64,000 nucleotides of DNA, taken from NCBI GenBank assembly GCA_048885525.1, contig JBHLLP010000015.1, positions 15,055 to 79,054 on the forward strand, written 5' to 3'. The notes beneath the pieces were generated by a model. It was not told the DNA's origin, searched no databases, and saw only the letters and a program-made list of their open reading frames with translations. Positions 38,631 to 49,190 of this stretch are shown piece by piece. A program made the position numbers and the translations under genes. This DNA is from Candidatus Hermodarchaeota archaeon. GTDB lineage: Archaea > Asgardarchaeota > Lokiarchaeia > Sigyniarchaeales > SOKP01. The stretch's first letter is position 1. Every line of letters starts with the position of its first letter.

Positions 38631-39854
38631 TTAATATAAACTTTTAACCCGATGCATATCTTCTTTAAGAATTTCTAAGAAGATATTTATTTGTTCAATT
38701 TGCTTGTTAATTATTTCAATTTTTTTATCAATTATCTCTGAATCTGATAGATCTTTTTTCTCCAAATCTTTCCTTACAATATTATACGTTCTTATTTGAT
38801 TTAATATATTTTGCATTCTCTTTATTTTTACTTGAAATAATTTCTTGTATTTTTTAAGATCTTCCAGCTTTGTTTCAATACTGTCGATAAAATTGAAGCA
38901 AATATCAACATTTTCTTCTTTCTTTAAATTATTCGCGATTAATTCAATACTCTTTAAATAAGTAATTACTAATTTTTGTTGTTCCTTATCAATTGATTCA
39001 CCTTTAAAACTAGGTTCAGAACTTATCTCCTCCAATATATCTGAAGTATATTTTATATTAATTTTTTTTGAGAATTGGTTTATAGTCTCATTTATTTTAA
39101 TCGATTCATCTGAAATTCCAGAATCATCAAGATCAATTATTAATTCTAATTCATCCAATTCTACCTTAGTAATTAATGGAGAAAATTTTACCTGCAATTT
39201 TTTCCTTCCATAATAATCGTTGTTTTGCCGGATAATTTGAGTATACATTTGTATAAATTCTTGTCCAATAGGTGCAAATAAAACTCCTCCATTTTCATCG
39301 AGTTGACATAAAAGAGGATTAATCTTCGATTGTTCAATTGCGCCCGTTACTAATATTTTCTGCCAAGGGCATAATTCTGGCATTCCCAAAAGAGGATTTT
39401 TTACTATTATTGAAATTTGATCATCTAGTTTTAATTTCTTTAGGTTTTCAGATGTAAATTTAGCGATTTCAGAATTTGCCTCAAGAATTATAATCTCTCC
39501 CTTGGGTGCTAATTTATGAGCTAAGGCTGCTATATATCCACTTTTTGCTCCCAAGATTAATAAATCGTCATTTTCAGTTAGAGAAAGCCCTTGAAGCATG
39601 ATTGTTATCATATGGGGCGCAGAAATCGTTCTATAATTATTAGGATTTTGCTCATCATAATAGAATAAATTTGGCACATCTTCATAAAGTTTAACTATAT
39701 TTATGAATTTCTCTGGAATAAACTTCTCTAAAGGCACATCCATAAATGCCTTAATTAATCGTTTATCTTTTAAGATATCATTTATAATTAAAGAATCTAA
39801 TAAACGTTTTTTCTTTAATTTCAGTCGTTCCTTGATTCTTTCGTTTCTGTCCAA
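38631..39854 (-). CDS. Protein-L-isoaspartate O-methyltransferase-like protein with degenerate SAM motif and long C-terminal helical/coiled-coil extension
   Basis: AFMDVPLEKFIP; TISAPHM; LILGAKSGY.AAL; PWQKILVTGA; QL..NGG.L.APIG; V.F.PL. Confidence 0.75.
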   Translation of the reverse strand: MDRNERIKERLKLKKKRLLDSLIINDILKDKRLIKAFMDVPLEKFIPEKFINIVKLYEDVPNLFYYDEQNPNNYRTISAPHMITIMLQGLSLTENDDLLILGAKSGYIAALAHKLAPKGEIIILEANSEIAKFTSENLKKLKLDDQISIIVKNPLLGMPELCPWQKILVTGAIEQSKINPLLCQLDENGGVLFAPIGQEFIQMYTQIIRQNNDYYGRKKLQVKFSPLITKVELDELELIIDLDDSGISDESIKINETINQFSKKINIKYTSDILEEISSEPSFKGESIDKEQQKLVITYLKSIELIANNLKKEENVDICFNFIDSIETKLEDLKKYKKLFQVKIKRMQNILNQIRTYNIVRKDLEKKDLSDSEIIDKKIEIINKQIEQINIFLEILKEDMHRVKSLY

Positions 39855-39950
39855 ATTTTATCAACTTTTTATATTAAAAAAATAATATAAAAACAAGTTA
39901 TTATACTTTTTTATAATAAATCTTAACTGTCTTATTACGATTCTAATCAT

Positions 39951-40538
39951 ATGATGGTCCTTGATGTTGAAACATTGAAAGATGCTAAAATAACATTAAC
40001 TCTTATCTTTATTAATATATTGATTTTTTTCCTATTTAATTTGGCAGCCCCCACAGAATTTCTCCTCATTTTTGTCCAAATTAATAGAAATATAATAGAA
40101 AATTATGAGATATGGAGATTATTTACACCTATGTTTTTTCATGCAGATCCAATACACTTATTTTCCAATATGATTGCTCTCCTGTTTTTTGGAGCAACAG
40201 TAGAAAATAATAGCTTCATATCGAAAACACAATATTTGTTTATTTATTTTGCTTCAGGTATTATTGGTAATACATTTTCATTACTACTACTCCCATTAAA
40301 TGCAATTAGCTTAGGAGCATCAGGAGCTATTTTTGGACTATTAGGGGTTGCTTTTATAATGATTGCAACAGATTTTCAACCCCTCTTGCTTTTTGCTTTA
40401 TTTTATCTTGTTTTTTTTATTATTTATTCATTTACTCCTGGTATTAATTATTGGGCTCATCTATTTGGATTATCAGGAGGTTTACTCTTTGGCTACTTAT
40501 TCTATACTCGCAAAAAGAAAAATAGATTTATTTCCTGA
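39951..40538 (+). CDS. Rhomboid intramembrane serine protease
   Basis: WRLFTPMFFH; HLFSNM; GASGAIFG; AHLFG. Confidence 0.92.
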   Translation: MMVLDVETLKDAKITLTLIFINILIFFLFNLAAPTEFLLIFVQINRNIIENYEIWRLFTPMFFHADPIHLFSNMIALLFFGATVENNSFISKTQYLFIYFASGIIGNTFSLLLLPLNAISLGASGAIFGLLGVAFIMIATDFQPLLLFALFYLVFFIIYSFTPGINYWAHLFGLSGGLLFGYLFYTRKKKNRFIS

Positions 40539-40614
40539 ATTTTTTTAATAACAATATCACATTTAAAATTCTAGAATGATTCATTACTGTGATTTATTCA
40601 ATCATTCCTTAATA

Positions 40615-41283
40615 TCACTTACTTTTTTTTTTTTTTCTCCTCATTGCTACCTCCATTGAAAAATCTTTTGGACAATCAACATTGATAGAGCATATTTCAC
40701 ATTTTGGTCTGATTGGTATACATATTTGTTGTCCAAATCTTACAAATAATCTATTCAATTTTAGCCAAAGTTCTTTAGGAATTGTATTTTTTAACTCTTT
40801 TTCTGTTTGTAGAGGATTCTTCGTTTTTACCCATCCTAATCTATTGCTTATTCGGTGTACATGCGTATCTACTGGAATAGCAGGCACATTAAATGCATAC
40901 ACTAATACACAATTAGCTGTTTTACTACCTACACCGGGTAAACTCATCAATTCTTCATAATTTTCAGGAACACTACTATAGTATTTTTCTATTAAAACTT
41001 TTGATACTTCTTTTACTCGGGCAGCTTTAACTTTATAAAATCCTGAGGATTTAACAAGTTGCTCAATTTCTTCAATATCTGCTTCAGCGATTTCTTTTGG
41101 AGTCTTATATTTAGCAAATAATCTCTCAGTTGCAATTCTAGTATTCGCATCTTTAGTACGTGCTGATAATATTGTAGAGATTAAAATTTTAAAAGGATCC
41201 TGCTTCTTTTTAGCTAATTCATCTAAATGAGCTTCTCCTTCCAATTGTATTTCAATTTTATCTAATATCTCACTATAATTCAT
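40615..41283 (-). CDS. nth: Endonuclease III
   Basis: LISTILSART.D; LPGVGSKTAN; PVDTHVHRISNRLG; C-X6-C-X2-C-X5-C 4Fe-4S motif. Confidence 0.93.
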   Translation of the reverse strand: MNYSEILDKIEIQLEGEAHLDELAKKKQDPFKILISTILSARTKDANTRIATERLFAKYKTPKEIAEADIEEIEQLVKSSGFYKVKAARVKEVSKVLIEKYYSSVPENYEELMSLPGVGSKTANCVLVYAFNVPAIPVDTHVHRISNRLGWVKTKNPLQTEKELKNTIPKELWLKLNRLFVRFGQQICIPIRPKCEICSINVDCPKDFSMEVAMRRKKKKSK

Positions 41284-41289
41284 ATTTCC

Positions 41290-42696
41290 TCATTTTTTTT
41301 CTAATACATAAATCTTTCTTTTTACAATTTGACCCTTTTTAGCATCTATCAATGTCCTTACATGTTGTTTGCGAAACTGAAGTTTTGGATTAGATTTATT
41401 ATTTAACCTATTAAGATCTAACATTGGAATAATTCTAAAATTATTCCTAGTAGCAATTTTCTCTATATTTACTTGAATATCGTTTCCATCTAAAGTACTA
41501 ATAATAGGAGATATAAAACAAATTCTTGAATCAGGTTTTAAAATCTTATAAGCTTCGCGGAAGAACTCATTATATAATGGTTCTAATTCGTTATCTATTA
41601 ATTCTTTAGCTTGAGTATAATATGGTTTTTTTGTATAAAATGGTCCTAATTCCGGTTCAGTACATATGCCATCAAAAAAGAAAGGTTCAAATATTTTAGA
41701 TAAATTTCTTGCATCATGTTCTAAAATTCTTTTATCTGTAAAAGGAGGTATTTCTTCTTCCAATAACTCCAGCAACCAATGTATATTACGAATAGTATTA
41801 CTTACTTTCTGACCATCAATATCAGATCCATATATTTGAAAATCCTGTAAAATAGCAAATAAAGCGATTGTACCATTTCCAATAAATGGATCGATAATTT
41901 TCTTACTTTCTCTTTTTTCATATAGATTCAAAAAATTTAATAATATTAATACCAATTTGGGAGAAATTGCACTTTTAAACTCTGTAAATGGTCTTTTCTC
42001 ATCAATCCTCTTTTTGAAGTTCGGATCGTCAGTCGTATATGTTCTTGCAATATAGACTCCTTCTTCAGTAAACCCAAAAACAATTTCTGCTCTGTGTTCT
42101 TTAAGTAAATCGTACTTAATTAAATGATGTGGAAATATGGGATTTAAATTACCTGCTTTAATATTTTTTTCAGGATATTGATAATATAATACCTTTTCAG
42201 AACCTCTTTTTTTCAGAATTTCCATTATTTCTTTATTTAGAAACGGTAAGAAATGTTTTATTAATATCTCAGAATAATATTCTTCATCATAAAGATTGGG
42301 ATAAATTGAAACAGCAAAAAACATACTTTCGTAAATTTTCGGAAAAATGCTATTTTTTCCAATAATTAAGTTATCAATAATATCTATAATCTTTTTTCTT
42401 GTTCTTTCGACATCTTTAAATTTTGTTATTTCGACTGGAAAGGCATCTCGGATGGTATTAATATCAATAAAATCAAAAATTTTTGCGATCTTCTGGCATC
42501 CACCTAAAACAAATTGAACCTCCATGAGTTTATTAATATAATGTTTATCTTGGTGTAATTTTTCAAATTCTACTACTGCTATATTAGCAGAATAATCGAT
42601 TATTTTTCCTTTGTTTTGAGAATGATTAAGATAATGATCTAATTCTGCGATGGATAGCTGCCAATTTGAGCCTAGAATAAATAAAAATCTTTCCAT
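41290..42696 (-). CDS. Trm11/Trm14-like (THUMP + Rossmann) RNA methyltransferase
   Basis: F.LG.N..LS.AEL N-terminus; ISPKL; IIDPFIGNGTI; GSDID; DAR; ICTEPELG. Confidence 0.75.
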   Translation of the reverse strand: MERFLFILGSNWQLSIAELDHYLNHSQNKGKIIDYSANIAVVEFEKLHQDKHYINKLMEVQFVLGGCQKIAKIFDFIDINTIRDAFPVEITKFKDVERTRKKIIDIIDNLIIGKNSIFPKIYESMFFAVSIYPNLYDEEYYSEILIKHFLPFLNKEIMEILKKRGSEKVLYYQYPEKNIKAGNLNPIFPHHLIKYDLLKEHRAEIVFGFTEEGVYIARTYTTDDPNFKKRIDEKRPFTEFKSAISPKLVLILLNFLNLYEKRESKKIIDPFIGNGTIALFAILQDFQIYGSDIDGQKVSNTIRNIHWLLELLEEEIPPFTDKRILEHDARNLSKIFEPFFFDGICTEPELGPFYTKKPYYTQAKELIDNELEPLYNEFFREAYKILKPDSRICFISPIISTLDGNDIQVNIEKIATRNNFRIIPMLDLNRLNNKSNPKLQFRKQHVRTLIDAKKGQIVKRKIYVLEKK

Positions 42697-42773
42697 AATA
42701 AAAATAAATCAATATATAAGAAATAAAATAATCGATTCAATTTCTATTTTTTGAGTTAAAGAAATATTATATT

Positions 42774-44030
42774 TTATTGTTTTTTCCTCAACCAAGCTCT
42801 AAATGCTTTTGTAGTTTTACCATGCCAAATAGCCTTTTTAGGATAAGCTTTCTCAAACTCCTCTATATCTTCTTCTGTATATTCTAATGGAGTTTGTTCA
42901 TCCTCCTCATCTTCTTCCTCCTCATCAAAATCTATGGAAATTTCATATTTTTCTCCAGTAATATCCTCTAAAGCGCTCATTATATCTTCAAGATCTTCTT
43001 TCTTTCTTACAACCACAGGTACTTTTTCCAATACTTTATCTTCTTTAATTTCTTCTTTTTCAGATTCTTTTATTGTTTTTTCATATGCTTTTCTTTTTTC
43101 TAATCTTTCAACTCTTATTTTTTTTATTTCTTTAATAATCTCGTCATAATTATCCTTGAAATATTTTAGACTTACGTTAATAAGATCTGAAACATTATCC
43201 CATTTATCTTCTTTAACAATACCTTCTGCCCAATAATATAAATCTAAATTAAGTTCTATCGTAACTGCTTTTCCTTCGGATTCCAAACTACCGATTAAAA
43301 AACTTAAAATATTGGCTATTAATATATCATTATCTAAAGCGGAAAAACCATATTCATGGGCAAGAGAAGAAAAAATACTAAGATTCCCAAACCCTACAAC
43401 TTTACCCTTAAAATATTCTACAGCAACCATCAATGGAACTTTAGGGCTATCTTCTTCTATCCAATACTCGCCATCATAACGCTTACGCCAACTATTTAAT
43501 CCAGATTTTAAAATCCAATCTATTTTTATATTTTCCTCAACATTAAGGAAATCTAAAATTTTGATTGAACACGAACTTGAAAAAACGATTTTTTTTATTT
43601 GGTTTGTTATAACATGAGGTTTAAATTTTGTTATAATAGGTCTTTTCTGAAGATTGACATAATTTACTGAATCATATATCTCATCAGAAATAAACTCAAA
43701 TCCAAATTTACGTGTTAAATCATTTAGATTAGTGTTATTTGTAGAATTTCCTCCACTTGAGCTATTTATTAAGAGGCTTCCTCCATTTTTCACATATTCT
43801 TCAAGAATGTTAATTTCAGTCTCGTCCAGATTAATATTCCTAGGAGTAGATAGAATTATCACATTATATTTTTCTAAATTGGCTAAAGAATAAAACCCAG
43901 TTTCAATTTTCCCCAATTTATAGCCAGATGTGAATAGAAATTGAACAAATTCACCAAAACTAGATGATTCTACGTTTAAAATATTATTATGAGAATAATC
44001 TAAGCCAATAACTATATCCATGAAATTCAA
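42774..44030 (-). CDS. GIFT (GldG/IFT52/DUF4350-like) domain protein with C-terminal RHH-like segment and acidic tail
   Basis: D.SH.N; L..Y.VIILSTPR....E.EI..L..YV.NGGSLLI...GG....NLN.L...FG; GKVV.FG..SIFS.......DN..L..NIL.FL. Confidence 0.7.
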   Translation of the reverse strand: MNFMDIVIGLDYSHNNILNVESSSFGEFVQFLFTSGYKLGKIETGFYSLANLEKYNVIILSTPRNINLDETEINILEEYVKNGGSLLINSSSGGNSTNNTNLNDLTRKFGFEFISDEIYDSVNYVNLQKRPIITKFKPHVITNQIKKIVFSSSCSIKILDFLNVEENIKIDWILKSGLNSWRKRYDGEYWIEEDSPKVPLMVAVEYFKGKVVGFGNLSIFSSLAHEYGFSALDNDILIANILSFLIGSLESEGKAVTIELNLDLYYWAEGIVKEDKWDNVSDLINVSLKYFKDNYDEIIKEIKKIRVERLEKRKAYEKTIKESEKEEIKEDKVLEKVPVVVRKKEDLEDIMSALEDITGEKYEISIDFDEEEEDEEDEQTPLEYTEEDIEEFEKAYPKKAIWHGKTTKAFRAWLRKKQ

Positions 44031-44124
44031 CTATTAATATATTAATTGTAAATCTAAAAAAAATTGGTTCTCTCTTTTTACATCTATATAAGATATATTT
44101 CTTCTATTCTATAAATAAAATTAT

Positions 44125-44982
44125 CTAAATTTTAATCACAATTATATCTAAAACAACATGAAATAAATTCGGACCATAGCTTTTAACAAATCTATGCGAC
44201 TTTAATTCACATTTATAACTTTCTTTATAAGCGATTTCATTAAATTCTTCGAATAACTCGATATATTTATCTTTTTCTACCACCCCTTCATAATGAAACA
44301 CGGTTCCATTATCATTAACTAACGTTAATGCCTCTTTAACGTAATTTTTTGGTGCTGGAAAGACTCCCATTATTACTCTATTAGCTCTAATCCCAGATTC
44401 ACTAATTTTTATAACTTCAACCTTACAATCCCCATTTATAGGTACAATTTTATCTTCTAAATGATTTATCTTAATATTTTCAACTAAAAATTTGTAGGAT
44501 TCAGGGTTAAGCTCAATACTATATACTTTTTTTACAGAAGAATGTTTTGCGATTGGTAAAGAAAAATATCCTATTCCTGCAAACATATCTACAACAATCT
44601 CTCCATTTTGGATAATAGTTGTGAGATATTTTCTTTCATTGACATTTCCCTTACTGAACATAATTTTTGTTATATCGAATCGATAAATAACTTCATGCTC
44701 TTTATGTTCTACAATAGGATAGTCTATTCCCGTAACAAATTCAATATTCTCTGGTTCTCTAAAAGTCCCTCTTATTACACCAGTATTAATATAAATAGAT
44801 TTAATATTTGGGAATAAATCTAAACAGATTTTTCCGATAAGTTTCTTCTTATCCATGATTTTTGGATTGAGTTTTAATAGAATAATTTGCCCTAAAGTTT
44901 GGAATCCTCGAGGAAGTAAAGAAAGTTCATCCTCAGTTAATTCATCTTTCAATTGTTCCTTAAGTTTATCTTTAAAACCCAT
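44125..44982 (-). CDS. taw2: tRNA wyosine aminocarboxypropyltransferase Taw2/TYW2 (Trm5 family)
   Basis: LPRGFQTLG.I; FDITKIMFSKGN.NER; VVDMFAGIGYFSLP; IELNPES; RVIMG; HY; VKSYGP...HVVLD. Confidence 0.82.
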   Translation of the reverse strand: MGFKDKLKEQLKDELTEDELSLLPRGFQTLGQIILLKLNPKIMDKKKLIGKICLDLFPNIKSIYINTGVIRGTFREPENIEFVTGIDYPIVEHKEHEVIYRFDITKIMFSKGNVNERKYLTTIIQNGEIVVDMFAGIGYFSLPIAKHSSVKKVYSIELNPESYKFLVENIKINHLEDKIVPINGDCKVEVIKISESGIRANRVIMGVFPAPKNYVKEALTLVNDNGTVFHYEGVVEKDKYIELFEEFNEIAYKESYKCELKSHRFVKSYGPNLFHVVLDIIVIKI

Positions 44983-45117
44983 TTATACTCAAAAATGTAA
45001 ATATTATTGATTCAAACTAATATATAATCAAGTTAAATTATTATAGGATAGCAAATCAATCTTATTATAACAAATAAGATTATAACAAACTTTTTACAAA
45101 TAAATGTTGAGAAAAAT

Positions 45118-46992
45118 ATGCCAAAAAGTTTAGATGATCCAGAATTTTTAGTAGATGAGAAAAAAGTGTGGTTTATACCTCCAGAAGAAGGAGGTTATTG
45201 GCCTGAAGGTGTACCGAAACAGTTAAGAGAGGTCGAAGAGGTAGAGATATTGCCAATGTGGGAATATTTTCAACACGCTGCTGATTTATATGGGACACGG
45301 GACAATGATATATGTATTTTTGTGTATGGGCCATATATAGAACGTGTAAAATTAAGAACTTTATTTGATTATGCAAAATGCTTTGGAACTTTTCTCCATA
45401 AAAATCTAGGAATTAGAAAAGGTGATGTTGTGGCAATTGATCTCCCAAATTCTATCAATTTTGTAGTTGCATATATGGGCTGTCAGTATATAGGTGCAAT
45501 TGCACAGGGTATTAATCCTACTTATAGACCAATGGAGCTTTTGCATTCCTTGAATATGACTAAAGCAAAAGTATTTGTTATGATGGATATGCTATATATA
45601 GCTGGCCCTAAGGATGTTCTCCCAAAAACAGATGTGAAGTTTGTGATACCTTCAAATTTTGTAGATTTTATGACTGCTGACGAGGCTATAATCGAAAAAT
45701 TAGGAATTCCCAATGCAAGAGATAAAATTCCCGATGAAACTGAAAATTATAAAGTATATTGGATGGATAATATTATAAATGAAACACAACCCGAAGAGAT
45801 TGAGGTTGATATTGATCCATGGACAGATCCTGCGGTATATCTTATGACTGGAGGTACTACTGGACTACCTAAAGTTGCGATGCTTTCACATGCTAATCTC
45901 AGTGCTAATCTAAATATGGTTAAGGATTGGACAAAACTTGGACCAGGTGTAATAACTATAGGAGCAATTCCCTTCTTTCATAGCTTTGGTATGACATGTG
46001 TCATGAATGCAGCTCTAGGTATTGGAATGATTATGCTTCTATTTCCAAAACCACCTGCAGATGATGTTCTATGCGAAGCCGTAAATAAGATAGATGCTCC
46101 TGAAGGAATAATATATACAGGAGTCGAAATGTGGTTTAAAAGATTTACAGATTTTGTAGATGAAATGGGCGTTGAAGAATTTAAAAAGAAATATGATTTA
46201 TGGGAGAAGCTGAGATATGCCACTCAAGGAGCAGGTCCATTGCATTCTTATGTCCAAGAGCCTTTTGAGTCAGTATTTTGCCCAATACGCGCTGGTTATG
46301 GTTTAACAGAAAGTTCACCTATACATAGTGTTGCTCCTTTTTGGGGTCCAACTAAGAATGGAAAACTAGGATTACCAATACCAGGAGCAGATTGGGCTAT
46401 ATTTCCTTCTGATGATTTTGAGGCAGGACCTATTTGTGATGGAACTAAAGAAAGAGGAGGTTTTGGTATTGAAAACACAGGAGAAATTTGCTTAGCAGGA
46501 CCTCATATTATGTTAGGATATTTAGGAGAACAAAAAGAGCAAGAAGATAATTTGAAATATTGGGGCGGGAAGCGCTGGTTACTTACAGGTGATATTGGGT
46601 TTATGGACGAACACGGATGGGTTGAGATACGAGATCGCAAAAAGTCCTTAATTAAAGTTTCAGGACACTCTGTATTTCCAAAAGAGGTAGAAGAATTATT
46701 AGGTCATCATGAAATGGTGGATGAAGTAGCTGTTGCGGGTTTACCTGATGAAATGACGGGAGAAGCGGTAAAAGCGTGGGTTACACTTAAAAAAGGTTTT
46801 AAAGTTGATCGCGATATTAATAGTGAACAATTAAAGGAGTGGGCACTTAATAATATGGCGAAATGGAAAAGTCCTAAATATATTGAATTCGTCAGAAAGA
46901 TGCCAGTTAGTGCAACTGGAAAAGTTCAACGACGAGAGCTTCAAGAAAAAGACTTGGAAAAATTAAATCAAGCAAAACCTATAAAAGGATAA
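45118..46992 (+). CDS. Long-chain acyl-CoA synthetase (AMP-binding)
   Basis: MTGGTTGLPK; GYGLTESSP; LTGDIGFMD; RDRKKSLIKVSG; GKVQRREL. Confidence 0.92.
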   Translation: MPKSLDDPEFLVDEKKVWFIPPEEGGYWPEGVPKQLREVEEVEILPMWEYFQHAADLYGTRDNDICIFVYGPYIERVKLRTLFDYAKCFGTFLHKNLGIRKGDVVAIDLPNSINFVVAYMGCQYIGAIAQGINPTYRPMELLHSLNMTKAKVFVMMDMLYIAGPKDVLPKTDVKFVIPSNFVDFMTADEAIIEKLGIPNARDKIPDETENYKVYWMDNIINETQPEEIEVDIDPWTDPAVYLMTGGTTGLPKVAMLSHANLSANLNMVKDWTKLGPGVITIGAIPFFHSFGMTCVMNAALGIGMIMLLFPKPPADDVLCEAVNKIDAPEGIIYTGVEMWFKRFTDFVDEMGVEEFKKKYDLWEKLRYATQGAGPLHSYVQEPFESVFCPIRAGYGLTESSPIHSVAPFWGPTKNGKLGLPIPGADWAIFPSDDFEAGPICDGTKERGGFGIENTGEICLAGPHIMLGYLGEQKEQEDNLKYWGGKRWLLTGDIGFMDEHGWVEIRDRKKSLIKVSGHSVFPKEVEELLGHHEMVDEVAVAGLPDEMTGEAVKAWVTLKKGFKVDRDINSEQLKEWALNNMAKWKSPKYIEFVRKMPVSATGKVQRRELQEKDLEKLNQAKPIKG

Positions 46993-47255
46993 TTAGATTT
47001 TATTTTCTTTTTTTTTTATTTTATTTATTAATTTTATTGTCAAGTAAAACATACCCGAAAAAATATTTATTTATTTGTCCTTATTAAGAACAACAGCCTA
47101 ATTCTTTATGTCCAAACAATTTAATCTTTAACATTAAGAAATTTTACTAGAGTAAAACCTTATATTATTTTAAGATAAAACTATACAAATTTTTAAATTT
47201 AGAAACTCTAATTTGTTATTATTAAAAAGAAAAATATAGGAGTTAAACAAAAAGA

Positions 47256-47813
47256 ATGTCGCTTAAAAGCACAAGAGAATTCTTGCTCCAAGAAAAATTT
47301 TTCTCAATTCGAGATAAAGTTAAGGTGATGAGCATTGATAAGAAAGAATTGGGGATCTTCATTGCAAAAATAATCTCAATAGGAAAAAATTACCGGTTAT
47401 ATGATATCGATGATCAAGAAAACGCTATTTTAACAGTAAAAGAAAAAGTCATTTCATTACGGTCAACATATTCATTCTATAAAGGTGAGAAAGATGATGA
47501 GAACCTAATTGGCAAGTTAAAACGAAAGTTAATCTCAATCAAACCGAAATATTGGTTTGAAGATCCTGATGAAAATAAACTGTTCACAATGAAAGGAAAT
47601 ATTTGGCAATTAAAGTATAAAATCTTTCTTGAAGAGAAAGTGGTTGCTGAAATAAGTAAAAAACTGTGGAAAATAAAAGACACTTATGGTATAAGATTAG
47701 ATCAGAGTTTAGATGATGATAGTGCCATGTTGGTTCTTGGAATTGTAGTAATGTTGCATCATGAAAAAGAAGAAGAGGAAGAACGTCGGAGACAACAACA
47801 GAGATTTCATTGA
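47256..47813 (+). CDS. LURP-one / tubby-C-like (scramblase superfamily) protein
   Basis: FLLQEKFFSIRD; repeated (K/E)K(L/V)IS(L/I)(R/K)P.Y; KGN.....Y.I.....VAEISKK.W...DTYGI. Confidence 0.82.
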   Translation: MSLKSTREFLLQEKFFSIRDKVKVMSIDKKELGIFIAKIISIGKNYRLYDIDDQENAILTVKEKVISLRSTYSFYKGEKDDENLIGKLKRKLISIKPKYWFEDPDENKLFTMKGNIWQLKYKIFLEEKVVAEISKKLWKIKDTYGIRLDQSLDDDSAMLVLGIVVMLHHEKEEEEERRRQQQRFH

Positions 47814-47824
47814 AATAAAAAAAC

Positions 47825-48514
47825 TTATTCCATCCTTTCACCACATTTGGGGCAGAATTTATATGCTATATCATGAACAACTAAACAATTAGGACATTTA
47901 TATCCTTGAAATGCTTCAGCTTGTTCAGGGCTAGCACTTGGTTTTATTAGTGAGATTGTTTTAGGTTGAACAGAAGGTAAGGAAGATACAGCTTCAGTAG
48001 AATATTTAGCATTAGGATTTGCTTTTCTCCAATAGTTGTCTATTATAGTTCTAATCATTTCTTCACTAGCCCAATTCTTTGGGCTCGTCATAAAAGATAT
48101 TCGTAATTTATATTTCCTATTATCATTGGAAAAGATTTTAGCGGTATTCAAACCCAGAAATGGTGAAGGAAAATAAGAAATATCTTCAATATCAATAAAT
48201 TTTATGTATATTGAATAAGAATGTCCTTTCCAATTTATTCCATCAGGTGTGATTTCAATGCTTCTACCAGATGTTATTATCCAAAAAATTATATCCAAGA
48301 CAATAATTCCAAAGAATAAAAATCCCGCTATTATAATGAAATAAGGTTTATTGGGTGGTAAAATGAATAAAAAAATAATTATAATAGCTATCAAAAGTAC
48401 ATTAAAAGCACATAAACCTAATGGAATCCATTTTGTTCCTTTAAAAGCAAAAACATATCCCTTATCTAAATCTTTTTTAAACATTTCTTTACTATATTCA
48501 TTAGGAATACTCAT
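47825..48514 (-). CDS. 2-TM membrane protein with PH-like domain and C-terminal zinc ribbon
   Basis: Two TMs; IEITPDGI.W......I.F.DI; CPNC.......FCPKCG. Confidence 0.7.
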   Translation of the reverse strand: MSIPNEYSKEMFKKDLDKGYVFAFKGTKWIPLGLCAFNVLLIAIIIIFLFILPPNKPYFIIIAGFLFFGIIVLDIIFWIITSGRSIEITPDGINWKGHSYSIYIKFIDIEDISYFPSPFLGLNTAKIFSNDNRKYKLRISFMTSPKNWASEEMIRTIIDNYWRKANPNAKYSTEAVSSLPSVQPKTISLIKPSASPEQAEAFQGYKCPNCLVVHDIAYKFCPKCGERME

Positions 48515-48623
48515 TTTCTACCCTCGTATTAATTAAAAGATTTAAATTCATCTTAGGTGAATATAAAATATAATTTTATTTAATATTTATATTAATTACT
48601 CTCATTTTTTTCATTCTTTCAAG

Positions 48624-49127
48624 TTATTCGAATAAATCCAATAAGGAACCACACTCGGGGCAGTATCTAAATGGCATTTTAAGTTCTATTCCACAATGGG
48701 GACAAAATATTGCATCTCTTCTACCATCTTGAACCTTTTCGAACGCATCAATAAAAATTTTTTCATATTCTTTAATAGGGCTTTTCTGAAACAAAATTGG
48801 TTTTACACCAAATTGAAGAATCCAATTATTAACGATCCTTTCCATCTTAGTTTCTGTTCCTGATAATGAATCCCCTAAATATTCAAAACATACACGAACA
48901 TGCGTAATATCCTGCTTATTAGGGTCCATTACAAATTTAAGATAATATTCTTCTGATTGTTTTAAAGCACGTTTTCGAGTCAAATTTAACTTCGCAATTT
49001 TCTCAGTCGCAAACGATGATTCTTTCTTTATTTTAATATCCTGAAGGGAAATCCAAAATAATCTACTTTCTTCCCACACATCGCTGAGTTTTTTATTTAG
49101 GGAAAAATATCCATATCTAGGAATCAT
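48624..49127 (-). CDS. Hypothetical protein with C-terminal zinc ribbon
   Basis: FCPHCG.......YCPECG. Confidence 0.7.
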   Translation of the reverse strand: MIPRYGYFSLNKKLSDVWEESRLFWISLQDIKIKKESSFATEKIAKLNLTRKRALKQSEEYYLKFVMDPNKQDITHVRVCFEYLGDSLSGTETKMERIVNNWILQFGVKPILFQKSPIKEYEKIFIDAFEKVQDGRRDAIFCPHCGIELKMPFRYCPECGSLLDLFE

Positions 49128-49190
49128 TATTTGGGAATTTATTGTAATATTTATTATATTGGAATAAAATATTTAGGTAATAAGAAAACA

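Noticed and set aside
40623-40636. 14-nt homopolymer at the 3' end of nth (possible phase variation)
   Set aside because: Encodes only the terminal poly-Lys tail after the Fe-S motif; slippage would not affect the enzyme, and such runs are common in this AT-rich DNA.
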